Shown: piece by piece, positions 37,678-46,798 of the stretch
Position numbering within the stretch: the first letter of the stretch is position 1
How the letters are laid out: the number at the start of each line of letters is the position of its first letter
Origin: an uncultured Candidatus Binatia bacterium
Lineage (GTDB): Bacteria; Desulfobacterota; Binatia; UBA9968; JAJDTQ01
Reading direction: 5' to 3'
Assembly (NCBI GenBank): GCA_965242525.1
Contig: OZ251459.1
Span: 2,944,001 to 3,008,000 of the forward strand
Length of the DNA: 64,000 bases
Program-made: the position numbers and the translations under genes
Notes under the pieces: generated by a model
The model's input: only the letters and a program-made list of their open reading frames with translations
What the model was told of the DNA's origin: nothing
Databases searched by the model: none

Positions 37678-39231
37678 TCAACCGGCTTCCCTGAGCCGGA
37701 ACCTCTGTATCTTGCCGGTCTCGGTCTTGGGCAGGTCGTCCACGAACTCCACCCAGCGCGGGTACTTGTAAGGCTCCAGCCTGTCCTTGACGAACTCCTG
37801 CAACTCCCGGCCCAGGTCGCCGTCGGCGCCCCCGCGGTCCGCCTTGGGGACCACGTACGCCTTGGGCTTCACCAGCCCGTCGCCGTCCGCGGCGCCGGCC
37901 ACCGCGGCTTCGAGCACCGCGGGATGCTCCATCAGGGCGTTCTCCACCTCGATGGGGGAGACCCACAGCCCGCCCACCTTGAGCATGTCGTCGGAGCGGC
38001 CGCAGTACCAGAAATAGCCTTCGTCGTCCCGGTAGTAGGTGTCGCCGGTCTTGAGCCACTCGCCGACCATGGTGCGCTTGGTCTGCTCGTGCTTGTTCCA
38101 GTAGCAGGGCGCGGTGGCGTCGCCGCTCACGTACAGGTTCCCCACCTGGCCGTTGGGCACTTCCCGCCCCTCGTCGTCCACCACCTTGGCGACGAAGGCC
38201 GGCGTCACCTCGCCGCTGCTCCCGGGCCTGGCCCGCCCGGGACGGTTGGCGAGGAAGTCGTGGGTGGCCTCGGTGGAGCCCACCACGTCCAGCAGCTCCA
38301 CGCCCGCCTTCTCCCGCCACTGGTGGAACAGGGCGGGCGGCAGCGGCTCCCCCGACGACAGGCACACCCGGAGGGAGCTCAAGTCGTACTCCCGCTCCAC
38401 CCGCAGCATCCGGGCATAGAGCGTAGGCACCGAGAAGAAGAACGTGGGGCGGTAGCGCTCGATGGTCCGCAGCACCTTCTCCGGCTCCGGCCGTTCGGGC
38501 CACAGCACGCCCGCGGCGCCGAACCGGAACGGGAAGTAGAGGGAATTGCCCAGCCCGTAGGAAAAGAACAGCTTGGAGGCCGAGAAGCAGACGTCGTCCT
38601 CGGTCATGCCCAGAACGGGCTTCACGAACAGGTCCGTGATGGTGACGAGGTCGTGCTGGAGGTGGACGGCGCCCTTGGGTTCGCCGGTGCTGCCCGAGGT
38701 GTAGTTCCACATGACCACGTCGTCGCGCCCCGTGGCCTCGGCTTCGAGCTCCGGGGACTGGCCTTGCAGCAGCGCCTCCCAATCCTCGGTCCCGTGCCCG
38801 GGGGTCCCCACCGACACCACGCGGCGCAGGTGGCGCCGCCCGCGGCGGACGGCCTCGACCTCCGGCAGCGCGGACTCGTGCACCACCGCGATGCGGGCCC
38901 GGCTGTCGTCGAGCAGGTACTCGTAGCTCCGGGCCTTCATCCAAGGGTTCACCGGGATGGGGACGGCGCCGACCTTGATGGCGCCGAAGAAGCTGAAGGC
39001 GAACTCGGGGCAGTCGGGAAGCACCAGCAGCACCCGCTGCTCCAGGTCCAGACCCAGGGCGCGGAACGCGTTCCCCGCCCGGTTGACCGCTTCCTGGACC
39101 TGCCGGTAGGTGAACCGCCGGTCCTCATAGAAGATCGCGGTGCGCTCGCCGCGGCCCCCGGCCACCACGTCGTCCACGAACGTAGTGGCGGCGTTGTAGG
39201 GGTCCGGCAGTTCGAGTCGTGGAGCGCTCAT
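37678..39231 (-). CDS. Benzoate-CoA ligase family protein
   Basis: YNAA, YTSGSTGEPKG, ASKLFFSYGLGN, GSTE, GRSDDMLKVGG.WVSP, PKTETGKIQR. Confidence 0.9.
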   Translation of the reverse strand: MSAPRLELPDPYNAATTFVDDVVAGGRGERTAIFYEDRRFTYRQVQEAVNRAGNAFRALGLDLEQRVLLVLPDCPEFAFSFFGAIKVGAVPIPVNPWMKARSYEYLLDDSRARIAVVHESALPEVEAVRRGRRHLRRVVSVGTPGHGTEDWEALLQGQSPELEAEATGRDDVVMWNYTSGSTGEPKGAVHLQHDLVTITDLFVKPVLGMTEDDVCFSASKLFFSYGLGNSLYFPFRFGAAGVLWPERPEPEKVLRTIERYRPTFFFSVPTLYARMLRVEREYDLSSLRVCLSSGEPLPPALFHQWREKAGVELLDVVGSTEATHDFLANRPGRARPGSSGEVTPAFVAKVVDDEGREVPNGQVGNLYVSGDATAPCYWNKHEQTKRTMVGEWLKTGDTYYRDDEGYFWYCGRSDDMLKVGGLWVSPIEVENALMEHPAVLEAAVAGAADGDGLVKPKAYVVPKADRGGADGDLGRELQEFVKDRLEPYKYPRWVEFVDDLPKTETGKIQRFRLREAG

Positions 39232-39236
39232 GCTCG

Positions 39237-39340
39237 GGGAACCTCTGGTCGATCCTGGCTGAGTGCTTTTCCCGTGGGAAAGCGCGTCCTTCGACTTCGC
39301 TACGCTCAGGACGAACGGGTCAATCGTCCAGGGTTTTCCC
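39237..39340 (-). mobile_element. MITE-like element variant with repeat A
   Basis: GGGAACCTCTGGTCGAT...repeat A...ATCGTCCAGGGTTTTCCC. Confidence 0.65.
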
Positions 39341-39380
39341 AAGCATTGCGCCCGGCCGGCGCCCCGGCGCGTGCTCCGGG

Positions 39381-40838
39381 CTATTCGCCTCCGACCATCT
39401 CCGACCGTTGCTCGGTGGCCACCACCACGGACTTGACCTCGCTGTAGTGCTCCACGGCCTCGTTGCCGTGCTCCTTGCCCACGCCGCTCTGCTTCACCCC
39501 GCCGAAGGGAAGCTCGTCGTAGATGATCTGCGCGGAGTTGACCCAGGTGTATCCCGCGTCGAGCTTCTCGGCCGCGTACAGGGCCTGGTCGATGTCCTGG
39601 GTCCACACCGAGGAGCCCAGGCCGAAGATGGAGTCGTTGGCCTTGGTCAGGGCCTCGTCCAGGTCCTTGACCCGCACCACCGGCAGGGCGGGGCCGAAGA
39701 CCTCGTCGGCGAGCAGCTTGGACGCGGGGTCCACGTCCACCACGATGGCCGGGTTCAGGAAGAAGCCCTTGTCGTAGTCGCCGCCGGTGGGCCGGTCGCC
39801 GCCCACCAGCACCCTGGCGCCGCGCTGCACCGCGTCCGCCACCTGCTCCTCCACTTCCTCGCGCTGGGCCTTGGTGTGCAGCGGGCCGAGCATGGTGCCC
39901 CGGGTGAGGCCGTTGCCCACCCGCAGCTTGCGGACCTTCTCCACCAGCTTCTCCACGAACGCGTCGTAGATGCCGTCGAACAGGTAGAGCCGCTTCACCG
40001 CCAGGCACGCCTGGCCGCAGTTGAAGAAGCGGCCCACCGAGGCGGCGCTCACCGCCCGGTCGATGTTGGCGTCGTCGCACACGATCATGGGGTCGCTGCC
40101 GCCCAGCTCCAGGGTGACCCGCTTGACCTCCTGGGAGGCCACCTCCATCACCCGCTTGCCGGTGTCGGTGGCGCCGGTGAAGCCCACCTTGCGGATGACC
40201 GGGTTCTTGAGGATCTCCTCGCCCACCGCCCCCCCCGGCCCGGTGACCATGTTGATGGTCCCCTTGGGGAGGCCGGCCTGTTGCAGGAGCTCCACGCACC
40301 GGGTGGCCGCCAGGGGCGTGGTGCTGGCGGGCTTGACCACCATGGCGTTGCCCGCGAGCAGGGCGGGACCCACCTTGTTGCCCATGAGCGACACCGGGAA
40401 GTTCCACGGCACGATGGCGCCCACCACGCCCATGGGCTTGTTCATGATGAGGCCGTAGCGCCCGTCGTCGAGCTTCACGTAGCCGCCCCGGAGGGTCTTG
40501 GCCATGCCCGCGTAGTGCTCCAGCGTGTGCGCGAAGCGGCGGATCTCCAGCACCGACTCGCGCAGCGCCTTGCCCTGTTCCCGGGTGAGCAGCTCGGTGA
40601 GCTCCTTCTCGTTGTCCAGCACCATGTGCGCGGCCCGGGACAGGCACTCGCCGCGCTTGGGCGGGGACATCCGGGACCAGGCCGCGGCCGCTTCCTGGGC
40701 GGCCGCAACGGCCTTTCGGACGTCCGCCGCGGTGCCCTTGGGGACCGTGTCCACCAGCTCTCCGGTGGCGGGGTTGTGGATGGCGGTGGTCTCGCCGCTC
40801 TCCGTGTCCTGGTACTCGCCGGCAATGAACATCTGCAT
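39381..40838 (-). CDS. NAD(P)-dependent aldehyde dehydrogenase
   Basis: PWNFP, GFTG, LELGG, NCGQAC, EVFGP, PFGGVKQSG. Confidence 0.93.
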   Translation of the reverse strand: MQMFIAGEYQDTESGETTAIHNPATGELVDTVPKGTAADVRKAVAAAQEAAAAWSRMSPPKRGECLSRAAHMVLDNEKELTELLTREQGKALRESVLEIRRFAHTLEHYAGMAKTLRGGYVKLDDGRYGLIMNKPMGVVGAIVPWNFPVSLMGNKVGPALLAGNAMVVKPASTTPLAATRCVELLQQAGLPKGTINMVTGPGGAVGEEILKNPVIRKVGFTGATDTGKRVMEVASQEVKRVTLELGGSDPMIVCDDANIDRAVSAASVGRFFNCGQACLAVKRLYLFDGIYDAFVEKLVEKVRKLRVGNGLTRGTMLGPLHTKAQREEVEEQVADAVQRGARVLVGGDRPTGGDYDKGFFLNPAIVVDVDPASKLLADEVFGPALPVVRVKDLDEALTKANDSIFGLGSSVWTQDIDQALYAAEKLDAGYTWVNSAQIIYDELPFGGVKQSGVGKEHGNEAVEHYSEVKSVVVATEQRSEMVGGE

Positions 40839-41012
40839 GGAACGAACTCTCCTCGTGGTTTTGGTCGTCAGCCCGCGGGACTTGGCCGGAACTTGCTTCG
40901 GAACGGGTCGAAAGGGTCCGTTCGACGGCGCGTTTCGTCGGTCGAAGGCCGAGGCGCAATCAACCACGTTCGCGGAACCGTGTCAAGGAACGCGGACCGC
41001 CCGGCCCCGGCG

Positions 41013-42224
41013 TCAGAACGGGGTCCGGGTCTCCCTGCCGCTCGACTCCACGTAAACCTTCTCCGACTCGACCGGCTTGCCGTCGAGGCAGTCCTTGAGC
41101 CAATCCACGATGACGGTCCGCGCCGAAGGGTTGCGGATGGAATGGCGCTCGCCCTCGTACACGTAGAGGACCTTGGGACAGTCGGCCTCTTCCACCACCC
41201 CATGGACGAACTCGATGGGGCAGAGCTCGTCGTCCTCCCCCGCGGACACCAGGTAGGGACAGCGGATCCGGGCGGCCACCCCCTCCAGGGTCAGGGTCTT
41301 GCAGAACTCGTCGAACTCCGCCTCGTCGTCGTAGCCGGCCATGTACATGAAGTTGAGCTTGAAGGTGGGGGCCGCGGTGTTGAAGATGGTGTACTGGGTC
41401 GGCTCCAGGCACACGCCGGTGACCGCGCAGGCCTTGAAGCCCGGCTCCGCGGCCGCCATGCGCGTGCCCCAGTAGGAACCCATGCTGGAGCCGAACAACG
41501 CCACCCGGTCGCCGTCGATGTCCGGGCGGGTCTGCAAGTAGGCGTATGCGGCCCTGCCGCCCTCTTCGCAGTTGGAGGCGGTCACGGTGACGCCCCGCTC
41601 CCGGGTCTCGCCCTGGCCCGGCCCGTCGATGGAAAGGATGGCGAGACCCCGTTGCAGCAGCGGGTCCCCCATGAGCGGGTTGTCCTCCTTCACCCCGTCC
41701 ATCCCCGGCTGGTAGAGGACGCACGGCAGCCGCTCCCCCGGCGCCGGCCGGTACGGCAGGTGCAGCAGCGCCGCCATCCGCTTGCCTTCCAGCGGCAGGT
41801 CCACCCGTTCGATGGGGTGGTCGGCGAACCGGATGTAACGGTCGTAGCAGTCCCGCTTGCGCTCCGCCCAGGCCATGCGGTCCGGGTTGCCGTCCTCGAA
41901 GATCCCCCATTGGGCCGCGGTGTAGTAGGTGGCCGCCACGTAGTAGTGCTCCCGCGCCTCCACCGTGTGGCCCAGGTCCTCGGCCGCGCGCCCTTGCCGT
42001 TCGCGCTTCCCCGCGGCCCGGGAGAACTCCCGCGGGAAGTCGGTGAACTTCTGCACCCGCTGCCCGAGGCCGCGAAGCTCCCCGGCGATGCCCGGACCGC
42101 AGTTCCGCAGCATCTTGTGGGAACGCCCCTGGTCGAAGTCGAGGCCGCTCACCTTGATGACCTGGTCGAGTATCCAGCGTTGCTCCTGCCAGCGTTTCGT
42201 CTTCCTCTCGGTCCTGGCCCGCAT
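41013..42224 (-). CDS. Alpha/beta hydrolase, 2,6-dihydroxypseudooxynicotine hydrolase/FrsA-like
   Basis: GMDGVKE, DGPGQGE, GSSMGSY nucleophile elbow, GEDD, H. Confidence 0.8.
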   Translation of the reverse strand: MRARTERKTKRWQEQRWILDQVIKVSGLDFDQGRSHKMLRNCGPGIAGELRGLGQRVQKFTDFPREFSRAAGKRERQGRAAEDLGHTVEAREHYYVAATYYTAAQWGIFEDGNPDRMAWAERKRDCYDRYIRFADHPIERVDLPLEGKRMAALLHLPYRPAPGERLPCVLYQPGMDGVKEDNPLMGDPLLQRGLAILSIDGPGQGETRERGVTVTASNCEEGGRAAYAYLQTRPDIDGDRVALFGSSMGSYWGTRMAAAEPGFKACAVTGVCLEPTQYTIFNTAAPTFKLNFMYMAGYDDEAEFDEFCKTLTLEGVAARIRCPYLVSAGEDDELCPIEFVHGVVEEADCPKVLYVYEGERHSIRNPSARTVIVDWLKDCLDGKPVESEKVYVESSGRETRTPF

Positions 42225-42294
42225 GTGAAGTCCTCCTTTGCCGACCCGCGTCGCGGCGCGTGCGCGTGTTGACCGTCTCACCCCGTGTCTGTAT

Positions 42295-42414
42295 AGGAAA
42301 CCCTGAACATGGGCGAGGGCATTCCCTCACCTGACCCTTCCATCCCCGTTCGTCCTGAGCGTAGCGAAGCGAAGTCGAAGGACGGCGCTTCCCTTCCGGG
42401 ACCGTTCAGGGTTT
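42295..42414 (+). mobile_element. MITE-like composite element (degenerate)
   Basis: AGGAAACCCTGAAC...repeat A...GTTCAGGGTTT. Confidence 0.65.
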
Positions 42415-42425
42415 ATACAACCATC

Positions 42426-43601
42426 ATGGAGGGACGCAACATCCGCCATCCGCGGACCGGCGAAAGGGCCTCGTCCGGCAGGGCCGCCTTGGCGGGCATG
42501 GCCGCGGCGCTCGCGTGCCTGCTCCTCGCGGCCCTGGCGCACGCGGCCTCCCTCGACGACGACTTCGTGGCCTCCGAACGCCACTGGGCCGTCACCGAGA
42601 CCAAGTTCGAGATCTCCCTCAAGCGTTTCCGTCTCAGGAAGACCACGCCCCGCCCGCGCCCCGTCATCCTCATGCACGGGCTGCTGGTGAACAGCCGTTT
42701 CCTCGACTTCAACGCGGACGCCAGCCTGGCGGAATACCTTGCCGAAGCCGGTTTCGACGTGTGGAACCTCTCCCTGCGCGGCACCGGCCGGAGCCTGAAC
42801 CCCCTGGGATGGGGCCACAGGCCCTGGACCCTGGACCACATGGTGTCCGAGGACCTCCCGGCCGCGGTCGCATACGTGCGCAAGGAGACCGGCAGCACGG
42901 AGGTCCTGGCGGTGGGATACGAGTTGGGCGCGCTCCTGGCCTTGGCCCACGTGGGCACGGCTTCCCGGGCGGCGAGTACGGTTACTCCGCAGGCCTTGGC
43001 CCGCGTGGGCAAGGCCCCGGAACACGCGGTGGCGGGGATCGTCAGCATCGCCGCGCCCATGTCCTTCGACGCTTCCGCACAGGAATGGCTCGACGTGCTG
43101 CTCACCCTGGAGCGCCACCCGACCCTGCGGGACGCCCTCTTCAACTGGAGCGGTCCCGGGATCCACAAACTGCTCTTGCTCGTGCCCGGGTTCGAAGACA
43201 TCTTCTACAACCCCGGGAACATGGCCCCGGAAGTCAAGGAAGAATTGCTGAACAGCCTGCTCACCCCGGTCAACCGCGGCGTGCTGGACCACCTGGCCGT
43301 CATGGTGGAGAACGGGGAGTTCGTATCCGCGGACGCCGCGACCAGCTACCGCGCCGCCCTGTCCGACATACGCATCCCCGTCCTCGTCCTGGGAGGCGCC
43401 GCAGACCCCATAGCGCCCCCCGAAGCCCTTCGCACCATCCACTCGGAACTCGCCTCCGAAGACCGCGAACTCACCATCGTCGAACCCGACAGCGACGAGG
43501 ACGGAAGCTACGGCCACTTCGACCTGATCCTCGGCCGCAACGCCAAGGCCGAAGTCTTCCCGGTAATTCGCACGTGGCTGGAAGCGCACGATGGGAAGTA
43601 G
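42426..43601 (+). CDS. Alpha/beta hydrolase fold protein (lipase/PhaC-like) with atypical nucleophile motif
   Basis: HGLLVN, GFDVW..LRG.G, GYELG in place of GxSxG, ADPIAP, YGHFDL; N-terminal hydrophobic segment. Confidence 0.8.
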   Translation: MEGRNIRHPRTGERASSGRAALAGMAAALACLLLAALAHAASLDDDFVASERHWAVTETKFEISLKRFRLRKTTPRPRPVILMHGLLVNSRFLDFNADASLAEYLAEAGFDVWNLSLRGTGRSLNPLGWGHRPWTLDHMVSEDLPAAVAYVRKETGSTEVLAVGYELGALLALAHVGTASRAASTVTPQALARVGKAPEHAVAGIVSIAAPMSFDASAQEWLDVLLTLERHPTLRDALFNWSGPGIHKLLLLVPGFEDIFYNPGNMAPEVKEELLNSLLTPVNRGVLDHLAVMVENGEFVSADAATSYRAALSDIRIPVLVLGGAADPIAPPEALRTIHSELASEDRELTIVEPDSDEDGSYGHFDLILGRNAKAEVFPVIRTWLEAHDGK

Positions 43602-43727
43602 CGGCGCCGCGGATATGGTACGGGCGGATGGTATGGGTGGATCACAGGGCAGACCCTCGAACACGACGGCGTGGAGTGCCGTGCGCCTCCGGTGTGGAGG
43701 GACCACAGGCCACTGCGTCCTCCCGCG

Positions 43728-43848
43728 CCATTCCCGCAGACATCCAACCCTGTCATTCCTACAAACGCCCCCTCCCGTCGCAGACGCCCATCCCCCGTCA
43801 TTCCCGCAAACGCCCGCCCCCGTCATTCCCGCGAAAGCGGGAATCCAT
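43728..43848 (+). repeat. Tandem cluster of repeat family B
   Basis: Several (C)GTCATTCCCGC units ending in CGTCATTCCCGCGAAAGCGGGAATCCA. Confidence 0.8.
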
Positions 43849-43876
43849 TTGACGGCGAGTCGCCAAGAGGACTAAG

Positions 43877-44068
43877 ATGAAAACGAACGACAAGAACTCG
43901 AACCCGGAAGACGAGAAGAAAGTCATAGACCTGGAGATCGAACTGAACGAAGAAGGGGAGTTGTTGGCGAGAATGCCCCTGGACGACGGTTACATAGAGT
44001 TCGATTGGGATGCCTTGGTGAACATGGAGGAGGTTTTCAAGGAATTGTTGGAGGAAGAGGGCTGTTAA
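43877..44068 (+). CDS. Small acidic hypothetical protein
   Basis: 63-aa ORF, RBS GAGGA, very E/D-rich. Confidence 0.5.
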   Translation: MKTNDKNSNPEDEKKVIDLEIELNEEGELLARMPLDDGYIEFDWDALVNMEEVFKELLEEEGC

Positions 44069-44111
44069 GGTTCTCAAAAACAGAGACCACCACAATAGAA
44101 AGAACTGCGTA

Positions 44112-44858
44112 ATGGCGAACTTGATCGAATACTTGAAGAAGTTCAATCGCAAGGAGCGGTATTGGCTGCTCTATAACGCTTTAGAGCACGATTCCGACAC
44201 CCTCCGTAGAACACAGAATCTGGAAGTGTTTGGTCCGGAGTTTGTGTACGAAGACAACGGCCCGTTCATTCTTTCTGCCAACTTCCGTAAAAAGCTGGAG
44301 GGTAAGCTTGAACCGAAAGTCCCTATTCCACCAGATGCGTTCGTGGCGATGGACTACCATTTCGACTGGATCACAATGGCGCTCTTCTCAGCAAGCAACC
44401 CTGACAAGGCGTCGGGGGACTCAATCGATATTGAGGGATCAGGGGTATTCAAAGAGGAACTCAAGAAGGTCAACAATAGCCAACAAGACATTGACTTGCT
44501 CGTTGCATTCAGGAACGGCGGCAAGAACCACCTTATCTTGATTGAGGCAAAGGCAGACACCCCATGGAGCAACGAACAACTAAAGAAGAAGGCGAAACGC
44601 CTGAAAATTTTCGATAAGGAGGAAATTCGCGCAAACTGCGAATCTCACTTTATCTTGATGTCGCCGACAAAACCTAAAAAATTAGATGTCGAATGGCCAG
44701 AATGGATGAACGATGGTAAGATGAAGACCGACAAGAAGCCGCACTGGCTTCAACTGGACCTGGATGAGCGCTACCAAGTTGAACGGCAACCCAAGGGAGG
44801 GGGGCGGAATTACACTCATATACAAGTTAAACGTATCCCGAAGAACCAGACAGGATGA
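44112..44858 (+). CDS. Putative PD-(D/E)xK nuclease-fold protein
   Basis: QDIDLLVAF...LILIEAK...W.NEQL; low GC. Confidence 0.65.
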   Translation: MANLIEYLKKFNRKERYWLLYNALEHDSDTLRRTQNLEVFGPEFVYEDNGPFILSANFRKKLEGKLEPKVPIPPDAFVAMDYHFDWITMALFSASNPDKASGDSIDIEGSGVFKEELKKVNNSQQDIDLLVAFRNGGKNHLILIEAKADTPWSNEQLKKKAKRLKIFDKEEIRANCESHFILMSPTKPKKLDVEWPEWMNDGKMKTDKKPHWLQLDLDERYQVERQPKGGGRNYTHIQVKRIPKNQTG

Positions 44859-44908
44859 GGGTAACAGCGGTCCTACGAGAAAGAGACGCCCACGGCTGAA
44901 AGGACACC

Positions 44909-45010
44909 ATGAGAATCTGCATCCCCCGAGGCACGCAGGAGATCGGCGGCACGTGCATCGAGATCGAGGTGCAGAGCAAGCGCATCATCTTGCACCTCGG
45001 CCTTCCGCCC
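44909..45010 (+). pseudogene. Duplicated 5' fragment of the MBL-fold gene at 46799
   Basis: 44896-45010 is nearly identical to 46786-46900, including the RBS; similarity then ends abruptly. Confidence 0.9.
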
Positions 45011-45162
45011 ACGTTGAATTCACCTATGGTGAACAGGATATGGGATTCTTTGGCGTCAAGAGAAAACTACATCAAATCATATCCTGATAGATCGTCTTGT
45101 CCACGCATGGCGAGATGAAAGGCAGTAGGGCTTGGAGCCTGACTAACCAGAGGAGTGTTGAA

Positions 45163-45624
45163 ATGAAAGGGTTGCTGGCGTTGGCGTTGATGGTGGCGTT
45201 GCTGGCCATCGGGAACACTGCCGCAGCGGGTCCCTTGGGGGTCAGCATGGGAGACCCCTTGAAGCCGGATGAAGGATGGAATCAGGGAGGCTTCGGGGCG
45301 GAAAGCAAAGAGTATAAGGGAACCTTTCCTTTCTATGAGCTATCTGTGGAAGGGACGCGGGACGGTGGGGCTTGTGCGGTTATGGCCGTGGGATGGAAAG
45401 AGGCACGGGAGACCTACAAGAACTTGCGGGAACGCCTGTCGAGAAAGTACGGGGAACCGTCTTCGGAAGGACAGCATGACGCCGGATGGAGACTGCGGGG
45501 GAACCCGGACAAAATCAGTTCAATTGCCCTCTGGTTTAAGTCGTCATTGTTCTCGACAGTCCACCTACAGTACCGTTTCGAGAACCATCTACAATGCCAG
45601 AATGCCAAGGAAACCGAACTGTAA
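45163..45624 (+). CDS. Putative secreted hypothetical protein
   Basis: Signal peptide MKGLLALALMVALLAIGNTAAA; RBS GAGGAG; L..KYG.P motif; two Cys. Confidence 0.65.
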   Translation: MKGLLALALMVALLAIGNTAAAGPLGVSMGDPLKPDEGWNQGGFGAESKEYKGTFPFYELSVEGTRDGGACAVMAVGWKEARETYKNLRERLSRKYGEPSSEGQHDAGWRLRGNPDKISSIALWFKSSLFSTVHLQYRFENHLQCQNAKETEL

Positions 45625-45898
45625 ACCCGAAGACGCCGCCCACGCTTCCCCACGGCGCTCAGGGGCGGACCCCCGGAGACCGCGCCCGCGAGGTCCCCAG
45701 ATGGCCGATTCCCCTTGACAAGGACGAGTGGGCTTATGTAGAAGGCTCTTCCGGCTTTCGTGTGAGTAAGGTAGGAGCTTGATCTTGCGATTCTGAGCCA
45801 TCGGTATGATCTAGCGTATGCGAGGCAATTCGAGCAGGACTTGACGACGGGTAGAACGCATATGGTCAGCAAGGAGGAGTGCTGGAAAGGAGTTCGTT

Positions 45899-46747
45899 GT
45901 GAGTAAATTCAATCGTCATCTCACCCCTGGTTTCGTAGAGGCATTGAATCGTGAATACGAGAAAACAGATAGTTGGTGGCGTCGCTTTGTGGACGACAAG
46001 GATCTATTCGTTGCCATCCGTAATAACTATCTCGACGTTTACTATTGTGGTGTGAGGATTTTGGGAAATCTTCAATGGAGAAAGAAAACCCTAAGATCAG
46101 AGATTCACTACAAATACCTCCGAGATCCGGATAGTGACTACGTTTACGTCATTGATGGCAGGCCCGAGATCAGCACTCTCAAAAATGCCATTGAACGCCA
46201 TCAAGACGGCAAGAAGCAAGAGAAAGCCGGGGTCCATGACATCATTCTAAGAAATTCAAACAGCGCCTTGGACGTCGAAGTGGCAATCCCTGAAGAAAAG
46301 TCCCGCATTGACTTCACAGCTATCCAGGAAACAGACATCGGCCTCACCATTGTTTTTTACGAAGCCAAAATTACTGATAGCGATGAACTTCGGACTAACT
46401 CAGGTGATCCCAAAGTCTTGCGTCAGATGAGACGATATGAGCATCTACTGGAAACACATGAGAAATACATTACCAATAGCTACCGCGAAGTTTGCAAGAA
46501 CCTCTACGACCTGAACGGACTTGCTGAACGACACCCTAAGCGTCATGCAATCCTGAAAGAAGTTGCAAACCGACCGAAAACGCTATCTATCGATCCTCAA
46601 CCCAGATTGGTCGTGTTTGGAAAACTCGGGGAAAATAGACAGCCTAAATCCTGGATACCCCACCGAGAACGACTTGAAAAAGAGCTTGAAAGCAGAGTGC
46701 TCTTCCGAGACGACCCCAAGCAGATTATTCTTCCCAAATCTGCGTAG
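45899..46747 (+). CDS. Putative PD-(D/E)xK nuclease-fold protein
   Basis: LDVE...RIDF...VFYEAK...Q..RY; N-terminal DLFVAIRNNYLDVYY.G; RBS AGGAG; low GC. Confidence 0.65.
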   Translation: MSKFNRHLTPGFVEALNREYEKTDSWWRRFVDDKDLFVAIRNNYLDVYYCGVRILGNLQWRKKTLRSEIHYKYLRDPDSDYVYVIDGRPEISTLKNAIERHQDGKKQEKAGVHDIILRNSNSALDVEVAIPEEKSRIDFTAIQETDIGLTIVFYEAKITDSDELRTNSGDPKVLRQMRRYEHLLETHEKYITNSYREVCKNLYDLNGLAERHPKRHAILKEVANRPKTLSIDPQPRLVVFGKLGENRQPKSWIPHRERLEKELESRVLFRDDPKQIILPKSA

Positions 46748-46798
46748 AACCAGAGTGGCAAACCTATTCTATCTTCGATCCGCGTCTGAAAGGACACC

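Noticed and set aside
4040-40959. Many long ORFs antisense to or frame-shifted against real genes (e.g. 14271-16826, 28207-30675, 30829-33453)
   Set aside because: Shadow ORFs caused by high GC; no motifs, and they overlap well-supported genes
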